Shown: positions 30,273 through 41,932, counted from the stretch's first letter. The stretch: DNA of 64,000 bases from Phormidium sp. (GCA_051013385.1 CP143273.1:384001-448000), one strand, 5' to 3'. A program made the numbers and translations. Notes: generated from the sequence alone by a model not told the origin.

Positions 30273-32792
30273 ATGGAGAACGAACAGCAACTTCAGAGAA
30301 TAACTATTCCAGCATCAGATCGTCGCTTTCCCAGGTTGCCCCAAGAGAATTATTCCCAATCCAGTAAGGATACGGATGACGAAGGGGGATTAAACCTGGG
30401 GCAGGTTGTAGATGTCCTACGTCGCAGAATTTTACTAATTGCTGGAATGGCTGTGATTGTTGCCGTTGCCTCTTCTGTGAGAGCGCGTGACACTAAACCG
30501 ACTTACCAAGCAAGTTTTGAGATTTTGACTAAGCCAGTTACAGTGGAAACCCAGGTTATTTCCTCTGTACCACAAACGCTCAGCAATAAAGAAGGACAGC
30601 AAGCGCCCGTCAAGGGAGTCGATCCCACTAAACTGAAAGTTTTGAAAAGCCCATCAGTTCTGTCTCCGATCGCGAAAAAACTCCAAACTAAATATCCCGA
30701 TATCGGTTATGACGAAATTTCCAGTAACCTAGTTGTCACTCCCAATCCAGAAAGTGAAATCTTGGAGGTGAGTTATAAAGACAAAGATCCAGAAAAAGTT
30801 AAAGCAATTCTAGACTTAGTTGCGGAAGCTTATTTGAAATATAGCTTGGAAGAACGTCTAGCCGATGTCCGCCAAGGTATTCAATTCGTGGATGCTCAAC
30901 TGCCCCAACTCCAAAAGCGAGTGGAAACTATTCAAGATCAGCTACAGAAATTTCGACAGCAGTACAACTTGATCGATCCAGACTCTCAAGGAAAACAAGT
31001 AACGGATCAGATAGCCAAGGTCGGGCAACAGCGATTTGATGTCCAAGTTAAACTCAATGAAATGCGAGCAATTTATGATAACTTGAGGCGGGAGTTAGCA
31101 AAACAAACAGATAGTACGGCAGCTTCCTCAGTATTAAGTGGAAATCCTAACTACCAGAAATTATTAAATCAGATCCAAGATATAAAAGCGCAGGCCGCAA
31201 GAGATGGTTCTGTGTTTGAAGAGATCAGCCCAAAAATTCAAGTCTTGCGAGAGCAAGAAAAAAATCTGCTGCCATTGTTAAAAAGTGAAGGGCAACGAGT
31301 AGAGGCAGAGCTAGCTGCAAAAATTCGCGAATTAGAAGCGCAGGAACAATTTTTTGCTAAAACAGAAAAAGATTTGATTCAGAGTATCAAACAATTATCA
31401 GCAGTTTCCCGTGAATATACTGATATTCAAAGGGAGTTAAAAATTGCGACCAACAACCTCGATCAATTTTTAACAAAACGGGAAGCCCTTCGCATTGATG
31501 CTGGACAACGGAAAACTCCTTGGCAAATCCTTACTCCTCCGTTAAGTCCAACGCCTTCTACGACTGATGTTAAGCGCAGCGGTATTTTAGGGGGTGTGCT
31601 GGGGCTGCTGCTTGGTGTGGGAATTGCGTTGCTACTAGAAAAACTCAGTAATGTTATTCGTTCTGCCGATCAAATTAAGTCGTTGAGTAAGCTACCAATT
31701 TTAGGGGTAATTCCTTACAACAAGGTAATCTCAGGAGAAAAGAAAGAGTTAATCTCTTTCCAAACGCTTGTTTCTCTGGTAAATTTACCTGGCTTTGTTA
31801 AGCAATTGCGGCAAAGGGTGGGTCTGAAGAGCGCTCATCAAGAGTTAATGGGTAATTACGCTAAATCTGCCTTTATCGAAGCTTTTCGATCGCTCTACAC
31901 CAACATCTTACTTCTGAGCCCCGATACGCGAATTCGATCGATCGTCATTAGTTCCTCTATGCCGGGAGAAGGCAAATCTACCCTGTCAATTTATTTGGCA
32001 CAAGCTGCCGCAGTTTTGGGTCAACGAGTATTGCTGGTAGATGCAGATTTACGCATTCCCAAGCTTCATCAACGCTTGGAGTTAGACAACTCTTTTGGTC
32101 TTAGCACCTTAATTGCTTCCGATAATTTGGACTTGGAGATGGTGGTGCAAACTTCCTACCTCGACAGTAATCTGTCTATTCTAACTGCCGGACAGGTTCC
32201 CCCTGATTCCACCAAATTACTGTCTTCCAAAAAGATGCAGGCTTTAATGCAGAAGTTTGAAGAAACTTACGACCTGATTATTTACGATATGCCCCCATTT
32301 GGGTTAGCAGATGTGAAAATACTAGCTCCCAGAGTCGATGGCATCATAATGGTAGTTGGACTCAATAAAACCAAAGTTTCTTTACTAACTAAGACCTTAG
32401 AAGACATCAAATCTTCAGCTATCAGTGTTTTGGGAATTATTGCCAATGGCTCAAAAGAGCAAGATTCTTCAATGGATTCGTACAATCATTATTATGGTTC
32501 TTCTTGCCAAACTCCGGTTTTTTCCCTGGATTCACCAAATGAAAGTCTGACTCACAATCTAGACAAGTCTAAACATGAAGCTGAGATAGATACTCTATCG
32601 ATCGGTAAGATAGAAATTACCCAGTCCAGAGAAAATAATTGTCCCAAACACCAAAAACTTTCCCTGCGATCGCATCTTTTATCACTCAAAGTCCCGGCGC
32701 TTAAACTTCCACACAATCTGGCTACTATCAAGCAAGACATCGGAATTGATAATCCATCCATCAGCAACATAGAAATAGCAACCCAGATGTAA
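30273..32792 (+). CDS. wzc: Polysaccharide co-polymerase / tyrosine autokinase (GumC/Wzc)
   Basis: Two TM segments, coiled coil, EAFRSLYTNI, Walker A SSMPGEGKST, VDADLR, YDMPP. Confidence 0.93.
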   Translation: MENEQQLQRITIPASDRRFPRLPQENYSQSSKDTDDEGGLNLGQVVDVLRRRILLIAGMAVIVAVASSVRARDTKPTYQASFEILTKPVTVETQVISSVPQTLSNKEGQQAPVKGVDPTKLKVLKSPSVLSPIAKKLQTKYPDIGYDEISSNLVVTPNPESEILEVSYKDKDPEKVKAILDLVAEAYLKYSLEERLADVRQGIQFVDAQLPQLQKRVETIQDQLQKFRQQYNLIDPDSQGKQVTDQIAKVGQQRFDVQVKLNEMRAIYDNLRRELAKQTDSTAASSVLSGNPNYQKLLNQIQDIKAQAARDGSVFEEISPKIQVLREQEKNLLPLLKSEGQRVEAELAAKIRELEAQEQFFAKTEKDLIQSIKQLSAVSREYTDIQRELKIATNNLDQFLTKREALRIDAGQRKTPWQILTPPLSPTPSTTDVKRSGILGGVLGLLLGVGIALLLEKLSNVIRSADQIKSLSKLPILGVIPYNKVISGEKKELISFQTLVSLVNLPGFVKQLRQRVGLKSAHQELMGNYAKSAFIEAFRSLYTNILLLSPDTRIRSIVISSSMPGEGKSTLSIYLAQAAAVLGQRVLLVDADLRIPKLHQRLELDNSFGLSTLIASDNLDLEMVVQTSYLDSNLSILTAGQVPPDSTKLLSSKKMQALMQKFEETYDLIIYDMPPFGLADVKILAPRVDGIIMVVGLNKTKVSLLTKTLEDIKSSAISVLGIIANGSKEQDSSMDSYNHYYGSSCQTPVFSLDSPNESLTHNLDKSKHEAEIDTLSIGKIEITQSRENNCPKHQKLSLRSHLLSLKVPALKLPHNLATIKQDIGIDNPSISNIEIATQM

Positions 32793-33140
32793 TTAACTCA
32801 AATAAGACAGAAATTATTGAATTTGTAGCCAAAGTATGGGAACCTAAGATAAGAGTAAAACATTTCAACTCTAGACAAGTTTCATTGTCAAATAAAAAAC
32901 AATACTCGTTCACCGATATCGCATATCATCTGAATATCGATTCAGATTCATTATTAGCGCTAAAGGCAAGTTTTTGGCCCAAGCGGATTTGTGAGGAAAT
33001 GTTTATTGATTGCCGATAGAATTTCCCTAGAAATCAATACAGATTATTGTTATTTTGGGAGCAGGTAATTTTCTCTTTTTAAATGAAAAGCAAACCCAAA
33101 ATAATCGCTCTTGCCTGTACTTAAGTTGAGTGTATCTACG

Positions 33141-33878
33141 ATGGAAGTACTAATTGTTCTGGTATTAATTGGGATTGTTTGGATGATCAGCCCTAAGCGT
33201 TGGCGAAAAAGATTTCTGCTTCCCTTCTCTGTGATGCTGGTGTTTTGTCTGGCAATTATGTCCCCTTGGGGAGTAGATTTAGCAACTCAAGGATTAATGG
33301 TAAACTTGCCGCCGGATAATGGAGAGTCTGTCCAAGCACTTGTAGTGTTAGGGCGTGGCGATGACCTGCGGCAAAGACGGGTCGAAAAGGTGGAAAAGCT
33401 TTGGCAACAGCAGCGTTCATCTAGAGTATTTGCCAGCGGGATGCTCGATGCTGAGTTCATGATGGAACAGTTTGAAACAAATGGGATTCCCAAAACAGCC
33501 TTGAGTGGGGAACGCTGTTCTCAGTCTACAGAGGAAAATGCACTGTTCTCATCAGCAGTGCTGTACCCGGAGAAAGTGCAGAAGATTCTCCTGATTACTG
33601 ATGCGCCGCACATGATGCGATCGGTATTATCGTTTCGCTCGGTAGGATTTGACGTTCTTTCTTACCCGGTATCTCTTCCCGAACACTGGTCTACCCGACA
33701 TAAATTGTTTGTGGTGGTGCGAGAATACCTGGGACTACTGAAATACGCATTTAGCGATCGATTTCGGCAACGGACTGTGGAAGAACTGCAAAATCCTCCA
33801 GCAGATGTAACTCGTAAGCTAGTGGAGTGGAATTGTAAATTGCCCAGAGTCGAGCAAATGCTCGATCGGGATGAATAA
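33141..33878 (+). CDS. YdcF / DUF218 family protein
   Basis: ALVVLGRG, ERCSQSTEENA, LITDAPHMMRS, REYLGL. Confidence 0.9.
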   Translation: MEVLIVLVLIGIVWMISPKRWRKRFLLPFSVMLVFCLAIMSPWGVDLATQGLMVNLPPDNGESVQALVVLGRGDDLRQRRVEKVEKLWQQQRSSRVFASGMLDAEFMMEQFETNGIPKTALSGERCSQSTEENALFSSAVLYPEKVQKILLITDAPHMMRSVLSFRSVGFDVLSYPVSLPEHWSTRHKLFVVVREYLGLLKYAFSDRFRQRTVEELQNPPADVTRKLVEWNCKLPRVEQMLDRDE

Positions 33879-34171
33879 GTAAGTATTACGGCAATTTGCT
33901 TCAGCAACACTTTACAAAGAATCTCTTAGGTTTGAAGATTCCATAAAGATCGAGTAGTTGGTTGCAGAAAATAGAGGCAATGACCAAGCTCTAATATTAA
34001 ACTCAAATAGTCCGGGTGAATACTGCAAGCAATACAAAAGTTAGCTTTCCAGCGAAACATTACCGAGTTTTTTGTAGGTAAGTTACTAAAAGTAAAATTG
34101 ATGCAGAAGCACTTCCGGGAAACCTAGTAAATACTGAGAAACTTAAGACGGTTTATTAATACAGAAGACCT

Positions 34172-35809
34172 ATGATAATTGACACTCGATCGCTACCACC
34201 CGATGAAGTTCTCGAAACGCAAGTTTGTATTGTTGGTGCTGGCCCTGCTGGAATTACCTTAGCCTTAGAGTTGGCTAACCAAAATTTTTCAGTTTGTTTG
34301 GTAGAAAGTGGCGGATTTGACTACGATCGAGAGACTCAATCCCTGTTAGAAGGAGTAGTCGTTGGCGATCCCTATCCCCAGTTACATGAAGGTCGTCGCC
34401 GTCAGTTTGGCGGCGCTTCTCATTGGTGGGGAGCACCCAACAGTCACAAAGATGCTGGCTTTCGCTGTATACCCCTCGATCCGATCGACTTTGAACAACG
34501 AGATTGGCTACCCTACAGCGGTTGGGCAATTAAGAGAACCGATCTCGACCCTTATTATGAACGGGCGCACCGACTTTGTAAAATTGGCCCCTATACCTAC
34601 GAGCCTGAAGATTGGGAAGATAAACGCGCCGTGCGGTTGCCTTTTGAGAGCGATCGCATGACCACCCGCATCAGTCAATTTGGTTCTAAGACTCCCTTTA
34701 CCGAAGAGTATCGCGAAACAATAAAGCAGTCAAAAAATATCACAACCCTGCTTTATGCCAATGTGGTAGAACTGGAAACTGACGAAAGTACCCAAGCAGT
34801 AACTCGCCTCCGCATTGCTTGTCTACCCAACAAACAAGTTTGGCTGAAAGCAAAAATAGTAATTTTAGCTACCGGGGGATTGGAAAACGCCCGATTATTA
34901 TTAGCATCAAATCGCCAACAGCCAGCAGGACTGGGCAACCAAAACGATGTAGTGGGTCGGTATTTTATGGATCGACCGATTATTAGTATTAGGTTAATTC
35001 CTTCCGATCGCAAATTGTTTGATTTAACTGCCTTATACGACATCTATAACGTTAAAGGTGTGCCGATTATGGGCTGGTTGAAATTGACCGAAGAAGTGAT
35101 TCGTCGGGAACAGTTGGTAAATAACGGCGCACAACTATTTCCCAGACCTTTAGCCCACCAAAGAGAAGCGGCTTTGGCTTTGCGATCGCTAGTAAAATCG
35201 CTTCGTAACGGCAAATCTTTAGAGGATTTAGCCAAAAATCTCAGCGTAGCTTTAAAAGGAGCAGATTACATTGCCGTAGCAGGTTTTTGGTCTGCGGTTC
35301 GCCAGTTACCATCCTTACAACGTGGCGATTGGTCTTACTTGCCCTACGAAAAACGGCGGTTCTCGGAATTTGAAATATTTTACCAAATGGAGCAAGCTCC
35401 CGATCCCAACAACCGAGTGATGCTCAGTTCAGAACGCGATCGCTTGGGTCAACCAAAAACCGAAGTCCGCTGGCGCTTGAATCGATTTGATATTGATAAC
35501 GCTAGAAGAGTTCAAGAAATTTGGGCTCAAGAATTTGCCAAAGCTGGATACGGAGAGTTACAGTTCGCCAAGGAAGGGGAACCGCTGAAATTTGAAAAAG
35601 AAGCAATGTATCATCACATGGGCACAACTCGGATGCACGTTAATCCTAAGCAAGGTGTGGTAGATGCGAACTGTCAGGTTCATGGTGTCCCGAATTTGTT
35701 CATTGCTAGTTGCTCGGTCTTCCCGACAGCGGGCTATTCCAACCCAACTCTGACTATCCTGGCACTGTCCATCCGAGTGGCAGATCGTGTTAAGACATTG
35801 ATGAAATGA
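34172..35809 (+). CDS. GMC family oxidoreductase
   Basis: VGAGPAG, GGLENARLLL, VGRYFMD, EQAPDP, HHMGTTRM, NPTLTI. Confidence 0.92.
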   Translation: MIIDTRSLPPDEVLETQVCIVGAGPAGITLALELANQNFSVCLVESGGFDYDRETQSLLEGVVVGDPYPQLHEGRRRQFGGASHWWGAPNSHKDAGFRCIPLDPIDFEQRDWLPYSGWAIKRTDLDPYYERAHRLCKIGPYTYEPEDWEDKRAVRLPFESDRMTTRISQFGSKTPFTEEYRETIKQSKNITTLLYANVVELETDESTQAVTRLRIACLPNKQVWLKAKIVILATGGLENARLLLASNRQQPAGLGNQNDVVGRYFMDRPIISIRLIPSDRKLFDLTALYDIYNVKGVPIMGWLKLTEEVIRREQLVNNGAQLFPRPLAHQREAALALRSLVKSLRNGKSLEDLAKNLSVALKGADYIAVAGFWSAVRQLPSLQRGDWSYLPYEKRRFSEFEIFYQMEQAPDPNNRVMLSSERDRLGQPKTEVRWRLNRFDIDNARRVQEIWAQEFAKAGYGELQFAKEGEPLKFEKEAMYHHMGTTRMHVNPKQGVVDANCQVHGVPNLFIASCSVFPTAGYSNPTLTILALSIRVADRVKTLMK

Positions 35810-36190
35810 GTTTAAAGGAATCTCGGAAAACGATTTGGGGGCGATCGATCGAACTCTTTCACCGCGACTTGATGAAAGTATAGGCGATCGATCCACACTT
35901 AAGTAAATAAAAGCAACCCTCAAAAATTTTTTCCATATCCCAGAAACCCGGTTTCTCGTTCTCACTCATCAGCCCAAATCGAGGAATTACGTTCTGGCTT
36001 CTCCGGTGAGTTTATGCAACTGTAAAGATAATGTCAAGATTGTACAAAGATAATCCGTAGAATCGACATTACTTATGTCAATGTGATATTGTTTAATGGA
36101 GAGTAATAAATATTAACACCTAGAACAATATTTGTAGTTAATTCACAGGAAAAAGCTCCAAAACAAGTTAATTAAAAAGCAAACTACTGG

Positions 36191-37075
36191 ATGGTAAAAA
36201 TGGGACAGTTTAGTCATTACATTCTTACAAAGTTCAATGTTAGAAATTTCCCAGATCTTAGACCGGGTTGTGACCCAGCTTGGTTAGAGAGGAGATTTAA
36301 ACTATTCGATCAATATTGTTTCCCATCTGTCTCCAATCAATCCAACCAAAACTTTCAATGGTTGGTTTTTTTTGATGTAGATACTCCTGAGCCATTCAAA
36401 CAAAAGATTTCGGAATACGCTAACAAGTGGAAGAACTTCGTTCCAGTATACCTAGATAGCCCATTCCCTTATGGTCAATTTACTGATGAAGTAAGAGCAG
36501 TTGTTCGCAAATACATTCCCGCCGACTGCGAATACCTAATCACAACCTGGCTAGATAATGATGATGCTATCCACAAAGATTATGTCCAAATGATTCAGGA
36601 CAACTTCAATCAGCAGGAATGTGAAACTGTTAACTTCTTCTTTGGCTACCAGCTGGCGGAAGGTAAGCTTTACTTTGATTTTGAACTGGCAAGTCACTTC
36701 ATTAGCTTGATAGAAAAATACAATCCTGATTCATTCAATACAGTTCATAGTAGACCACACAAAGAATTATATGAAGTGTGTAAATCTGCGAAGAAGGTAT
36801 TCTGTAAACCAGCCTGGATCGAAGTGGTTCATGGTACCAATTACATGAATCTTTATCGGAAAGGTTTTCGAGTGCCAACGGGAAAGATATTGGAGAATTT
36901 TTCCATCAAAACAGAGCAGCCGAAAGATGGCGAAAAAACCATCCCGTTTTTGCTGGAACAAGCAAAAATTTCGATTTTCTTTCCTTATTACTTCCTGAGA
37001 AAAGTGTTTCTCAGAATCAAACATAAGCAACTCACTGAGTTAGCAATGAGTCGCTTCGCAGTGAAAAGTTATTAA
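36191..37075 (+). CDS. Putative rhamnosyl transferase-family glycosyltransferase
   Basis: HYILTKFN, WLERRFKLF..YCFPSV.NQ, TTWLDNDDA. Confidence 0.8.
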   Translation: MVKMGQFSHYILTKFNVRNFPDLRPGCDPAWLERRFKLFDQYCFPSVSNQSNQNFQWLVFFDVDTPEPFKQKISEYANKWKNFVPVYLDSPFPYGQFTDEVRAVVRKYIPADCEYLITTWLDNDDAIHKDYVQMIQDNFNQQECETVNFFFGYQLAEGKLYFDFELASHFISLIEKYNPDSFNTVHSRPHKELYEVCKSAKKVFCKPAWIEVVHGTNYMNLYRKGFRVPTGKILENFSIKTEQPKDGEKTIPFLLEQAKISIFFPYYFLRKVFLRIKHKQLTELAMSRFAVKSY

Positions 37076-37085
37076 TGGGACTGGG

Positions 37086-37113
37086 GTAGGGGCGATTGAG
37101 GAATCGCCCCTAC
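37086..37113. repeat. GTAG-family REP palindrome
   Basis: GTAGGGGCGATT-GAGG-AATCGCCCCTAC. Confidence 0.8.
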
Positions 37114-37173
37114 GATTGGGGAAGATTTTCCCCAATGGCAAATGACAAACAACTAAAGACAAATGGGAAAATT

Positions 37174-38298
37174 ATGAAAATTCTGATTACTGGCGGAGCA
37201 GGTTTTATTGGCAAGTGGCTAATTGAAAAAATGCCATCGGATGTGGAAGTTGTGATCGTTGACTCTCTGGATGAACAAGTTCATCGGAGATCTAAGGATT
37301 TTGCACCTGAGTTGTTAGCTCGTGCTAAATGTATCAAAGCAGATGTTCAAGATATCGCGGAACACAAAGAGGCGATCGAAGGAACAGATGTAGTGATTCA
37401 CTTGGCGGCTCAAACTGGCACAGGTCAATCAATGTATGAAATCAGTAGATATGTACAACAGAATGCAAATGGGACTGCAAAGCTGTTAGAACTGATTTCC
37501 AGCCTAGAACACAAACCGCGCCGAATTGTAGTGTCCTCCAGTCGAGCAGTTTACGGGGATGGCGCTTACACTGATGGTAAATCGATTCTTTATTCCCAAG
37601 GGCGACGAGTAGAAGATTTGCAAAACGGCATTTGGGAAGTTTGCGGGGCTGATGGTCAGCCGTTAAAATCTTTACCAATGCACGAAAGTCACCTGACTAA
37701 ACCGACTTCTGTATATGGTTTCACCAAACTTTGGCAGGAACAATTACTGCAAGTTTACTGCGAGAGTCAGGGGATTGATTTAGTAACTTTGAGATTTCAA
37801 AATGTGTATGGGCCCAAGCAAGAATTAGGCAATCCTTACACGGGAATTATTGGTATTTTTACAAATGCGATCGTCCAAGGAAACCGTCTGGAACTTTTTG
37901 AAGATGGTAAGGTAACGCGAGATTTCGTGTTTGTCGGCGATATTGCTGATGCTGTGATCGAATGTGCTACTTACGAGAAACCCCTGAACGCGATCCTAAA
38001 TGTTGGTAGCGGTGTAGCGGTAACTTTAGTAGAAGTTGTAGAAACGATCGCGGAAGTAATAGGCAAAAAAGCAGAGTATACTATTTCTGGTCGGTTCAGA
38101 GTCGGAGATGTACGCCATGCGATCGCAGATATGGAAAAATACAAAACTACCTTGGGACACTGGACACCCACATCCCTGAAAGAGGGAATTTCCCAATACT
38201 TGAAATGGTACTTGAATCAGGAACCATTGGAACAAGCTACTCTAGAAGCATCCCTGCGCGAAATGGAGCAAAAGGGTCTGTTGTTAGCGAAGAAATAA
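37174..38298 (+). CDS. NAD-dependent epimerase/dehydratase
   Basis: TGGAGFIG, HLAAQTGTGQSMY, YGFTK, RFQNVYGP. Confidence 0.93.
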   Translation: MKILITGGAGFIGKWLIEKMPSDVEVVIVDSLDEQVHRRSKDFAPELLARAKCIKADVQDIAEHKEAIEGTDVVIHLAAQTGTGQSMYEISRYVQQNANGTAKLLELISSLEHKPRRIVVSSSRAVYGDGAYTDGKSILYSQGRRVEDLQNGIWEVCGADGQPLKSLPMHESHLTKPTSVYGFTKLWQEQLLQVYCESQGIDLVTLRFQNVYGPKQELGNPYTGIIGIFTNAIVQGNRLELFEDGKVTRDFVFVGDIADAVIECATYEKPLNAILNVGSGVAVTLVEVVETIAEVIGKKAEYTISGRFRVGDVRHAIADMEKYKTTLGHWTPTSLKEGISQYLKWYLNQEPLEQATLEASLREMEQKGLLLAKK

Positions 38299-38372
38299 CC
38301 GATCGGCCCTTGGTCATTAGTCATTTGCCAATGACCAATGACCAATGACCAATGAGCAAGTAACCCACAAAC

Positions 38373-39614
38373 ATGGACATTTTACATTTAAGTACATCTG
38401 ATATTGATAACGGAGGGGCAAGGGCGGCTTATCGGCTGCACGATGGATTGCGATCGATCGGTTGCAACTCTAAAATGTTGGTACGCGCCAAATTCGGTAC
38501 CGATCCAACCGTGCTGACTGAGGGATCGCCCCTTACCAAGCTAAGTCCTCCCATATCAGGAATCCCATTGCGGTTTTACCCAAAGTGTAACTCTTCAATG
38601 TTCTCCACCCAATGGTTTCCTGATGTCCTCCATAAGAGAGTTAGCCAGTTCAATCCAGATATTGTTAATTTGCACTGGGTTTGTAATGGCTATCTGCAAA
38701 TAGAATCACTGGCTAAATTTAGTCAACCCCTAGTGTGGACTCTACATGATATGTGGCCGTTCACAGGCGGATGTGACTATATCCGGGACTGTGAAAAATA
38801 CAAGGACTCCTGTGGTGCTTGTCCGCAGTTGCAGAGTGGTCGAGCGGCAGATTTATCCCGTTGGGTGTGGCAGCGGAAAGCTAAATCCTGGCAAAAGGCT
38901 AATCTAACCATTGTGGCAACAACCTCATGGATGGCTGATTGTGCGCGTTCTAGCTCATTATTCAAAAACCGTCGGATCGAAGTGATTCCTTTAGGTTTGG
39001 ATACTGAGAAATACAAACCAATCAATCGGCAAATTGCACGGGAATTATTGAATCTTCACCAAGATAAACAAATAGTTCTCTTTGGTGCAATTATTTCTAC
39101 AAACGATCCGAGAAAAGGATTTCAACTTTTACTTCCAGCATTGCAAAGACTTAGTACCTCTGGCTGGGCAGATCAGATAGAACTGGTGGTTTTTGGTTCC
39201 TCAAGGCCGGAAAAAGCGATCGACTTAGGGTTTAATACTCATTACCTGGGGCGCATTCATGATGACCTTTCCCTGGCCTTGATTTATTCAGCCGCAGATG
39301 TGATGGTCGTTCCATCAGTACAAGAAGCCTTCGGTCAAACTGCTTCCGAGGCGCTTTCCTGTGGAACTCCGGTAGTGGCTTTTGATGGGACTGGATTGAA
39401 AGATATCGTTGACCATCAACAAAATGGCTATCTAGCCACTCCCTTTGAAGTTGACGATTTAGCAAAAGGCATTGCTTGGGTACTCGAAGACAGAGAACGT
39501 CAACAAAAGTTACGGTTTGAGGCTAGACAAAAAAGTTTGCGAGAATTCGCCAAGGAAGTCCAAGCTCGTCGCCATCTCTCGCTGTACGAAGAAATCCAGA
39601 AATCATCAACTTGA
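38373..39614 (+). CDS. Glycosyltransferase family 4 (WcaC-like)
   Basis: GGARAAYRLH, WTLHDMWPFTGGC, EAFGQTASEA. Confidence 0.93.
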   Translation: MDILHLSTSDIDNGGARAAYRLHDGLRSIGCNSKMLVRAKFGTDPTVLTEGSPLTKLSPPISGIPLRFYPKCNSSMFSTQWFPDVLHKRVSQFNPDIVNLHWVCNGYLQIESLAKFSQPLVWTLHDMWPFTGGCDYIRDCEKYKDSCGACPQLQSGRAADLSRWVWQRKAKSWQKANLTIVATTSWMADCARSSSLFKNRRIEVIPLGLDTEKYKPINRQIARELLNLHQDKQIVLFGAIISTNDPRKGFQLLLPALQRLSTSGWADQIELVVFGSSRPEKAIDLGFNTHYLGRIHDDLSLALIYSAADVMVVPSVQEAFGQTASEALSCGTPVVAFDGTGLKDIVDHQQNGYLATPFEVDDLAKGIAWVLEDRERQQKLRFEARQKSLREFAKEVQARRHLSLYEEIQKSST

Positions 39615-39730
39615 TCGCACTTCTATCTTGCCCAATTACTCGGCAGGAATTCAGTAATGTGAGAAAATGTAAACGTTTCGAGGTAGAAGAATTTAACTAA
39701 CTGGTTCACGTTGCAAGCAGGAAAGAATCA

Positions 39731-41545
39731 ATGAACTATTTGTCAAGGTTTTTATACGTTATCTCTGCGAAAAAATTTGAACTTATACTGCTACTATTTG
39801 CTTTCCTCACAGTTTCACTTATGGATGCTCTGGGGATTGGATTAGTTGGACCATTTATGGGCTTGGCAACGAATCCGACACTGATTTATAAAAATGTCTT
39901 TCTAGCCAACACCTACAGAGCTTTAGGATTAAAAAGTACCAGTCAGTTTATCGGATTATTGGGACTAACAATCGTCGTCATTTTTTACTTAAAATCTTTC
40001 TTTTATTACCAAATTCAGCGCTATGTATTTAAATTTTGCTTTACACAACAGGTGAAGCTCCGTCTCAGACTGCTGCACACTTATCTATTCCTGCCCTATA
40101 CGTTTCATCTCAAAACCAACTCGGCTAATTTGATTCAAAATATTATTAATGAATCGCAAAATTTTAGCTATTCAGTAGCAATTCCGCTGCTAGGTTCGAT
40201 ATCGAATCTTTTTGTTTTGGTGGTTCTGGTTTTGTTACTGATGAAAACAGACTTTGCAGCTACCGTAACTGTAATCGGAATTCTATTAGGTACTTACCTA
40301 CCATTCCACTTATTCAGGCACAAAATTGTTCGCTGGGGTAAGGAAGGCGTGGAAGCAAACACAGAAATGCTACGGATCGTGAATCACGCGATCGGGGGAT
40401 TGAAAGAAACGCGAGTGATTGGCTGCGAGGAATTTTTTGAGGATCAGTTACGCGGTCAGGTAAATAGGTTTGCCAGAGTCGCTACACTGTTTCACGTATT
40501 TCAAATACTGCCAAAAATTACCATTGAAGCTCTGTTAATTACCTTTGTTGTTGGTTTGGTTTCAGTTTCCCTGTTGTTTGAGCAACGCTCACAAAACTTG
40601 GTTTCGGTTTTAGGGATTTTTGCCATCGCCTCAATTCGCCTCTTACCTTCAGCAAGTCAACTTATGTCCAATATGGGTGTGCTGCGAAACTTCAAGCCCA
40701 CCCTGGATCGACTGTATATGGATTTGAAAGAAATTGAAAAGCCAGAATCAGTTAACTATTTAAAGATATCCCAGGGTTTTATTCCCAGTAAAGGGGTGAA
40801 GTTCGATCGCCAAAAAGCTATCAAACCCATGGCAATGGCCTTTACGGATAAAATCGTTATCGATAAAATTAATTATTCCTATCCAGAAGCTTCCACAAAG
40901 TCCCTGACCGATATTTCCTTGACTCTGAAAAAGGGCGAATCGATCGCATTAATTGGTAAATCTGGCGCAGGAAAAACCACGCTGGTGGATGTTTTCTTAG
41001 GATTGTTAATTCCCCAGTTGGGCGATATTCAGGTAGATGGCGTGTCGGTATATAGTTCATTGCGTTCTTGGCAGAATTTGATCGGTTACATTCCCCAAAC
41101 AATTTTTCTGACAGATGACACGATCGAACGAAATATTGCATTTGGGGTGCCAGACGCTCAAATCGATATTGAAAGGTTAGATCAGGCAATTCGATCGGCC
41201 CAACTAGGAGATTTAATTGCCCAATTACCTGAAGGTACGCAAACTATGGTTGGCGAACATGGCGTTCGTCTTTCGGGAGGACAGCGCCAGAGAATTGGCA
41301 TCGCTCGTGCTTTGTATCATGAACGCGAGATCCTGGTTTTAGATGAAGCGACTTCTGCTCTAGACAACGAAACAGAAAACTTGATCAGCAAAGCTATTCA
41401 AGATTTGAGTGGCACGAAGACAATGATCATTATCGCTCACCGATTGACAACGGTTGAACATTGCGATCGGATTTATGAAATGCAGAAAGGCCAAATTATT
41501 AAATGTGGCAGCTATCAAGAAGTTGTGTTAGCACAGAACGTCTAA
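39731..41545 (+). CDS. ABC transporter fused permease/ATPase (HepA/PglK-like glycan exporter)
   Basis: N-terminal TM domain; GKSGAGKT, LSGGQRQR, LDEATS. Confidence 0.93.
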   Translation: MNYLSRFLYVISAKKFELILLLFAFLTVSLMDALGIGLVGPFMGLATNPTLIYKNVFLANTYRALGLKSTSQFIGLLGLTIVVIFYLKSFFYYQIQRYVFKFCFTQQVKLRLRLLHTYLFLPYTFHLKTNSANLIQNIINESQNFSYSVAIPLLGSISNLFVLVVLVLLLMKTDFAATVTVIGILLGTYLPFHLFRHKIVRWGKEGVEANTEMLRIVNHAIGGLKETRVIGCEEFFEDQLRGQVNRFARVATLFHVFQILPKITIEALLITFVVGLVSVSLLFEQRSQNLVSVLGIFAIASIRLLPSASQLMSNMGVLRNFKPTLDRLYMDLKEIEKPESVNYLKISQGFIPSKGVKFDRQKAIKPMAMAFTDKIVIDKINYSYPEASTKSLTDISLTLKKGESIALIGKSGAGKTTLVDVFLGLLIPQLGDIQVDGVSVYSSLRSWQNLIGYIPQTIFLTDDTIERNIAFGVPDAQIDIERLDQAIRSAQLGDLIAQLPEGTQTMVGEHGVRLSGGQRQRIGIARALYHEREILVLDEATSALDNETENLISKAIQDLSGTKTMIIIAHRLTTVEHCDRIYEMQKGQIIKCGSYQEVVLAQNV

Positions 41546-41932
41546 TTCTTTGACGATCGTTCTTGGCTCGATCGGATTTTATGGTTGGAAGTGCGATCGA
41601 GTTTTATCAACAGGTGGCGTGCTATTTTGGCAGTAATTGTCGGATTTTTTGTGATTCTACTAATTCAGACTTATTGGGGGCAAGACTAGACGTTATCGCC
41701 ATTGTAGGATGCTGGGACTGTTGATTCTGGTTTATGCTACTACTTGTGGTGATAAAGCAAGCTTATAATCTACCTGCATCAAGGTTTTCAGCCTTCATTT
41801 TCCAGCTAAAATGTATCAGCCACTACTTTTTACCCCAAACATCCGGGAGAGCCAGAAAGGTTAGTATTAATGGGTTATTTGACTAAAGTTTCAGACTTGG
41901 TTCCTTGAGTCGGAACTGCATCACAGCATAGA

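Noticed and set aside
37096..37173. N-terminal extension of the epimerase
   Set aside because: Overlaps the REP and STRR repeats; the family N-terminus begins at MKILITGG (37174).
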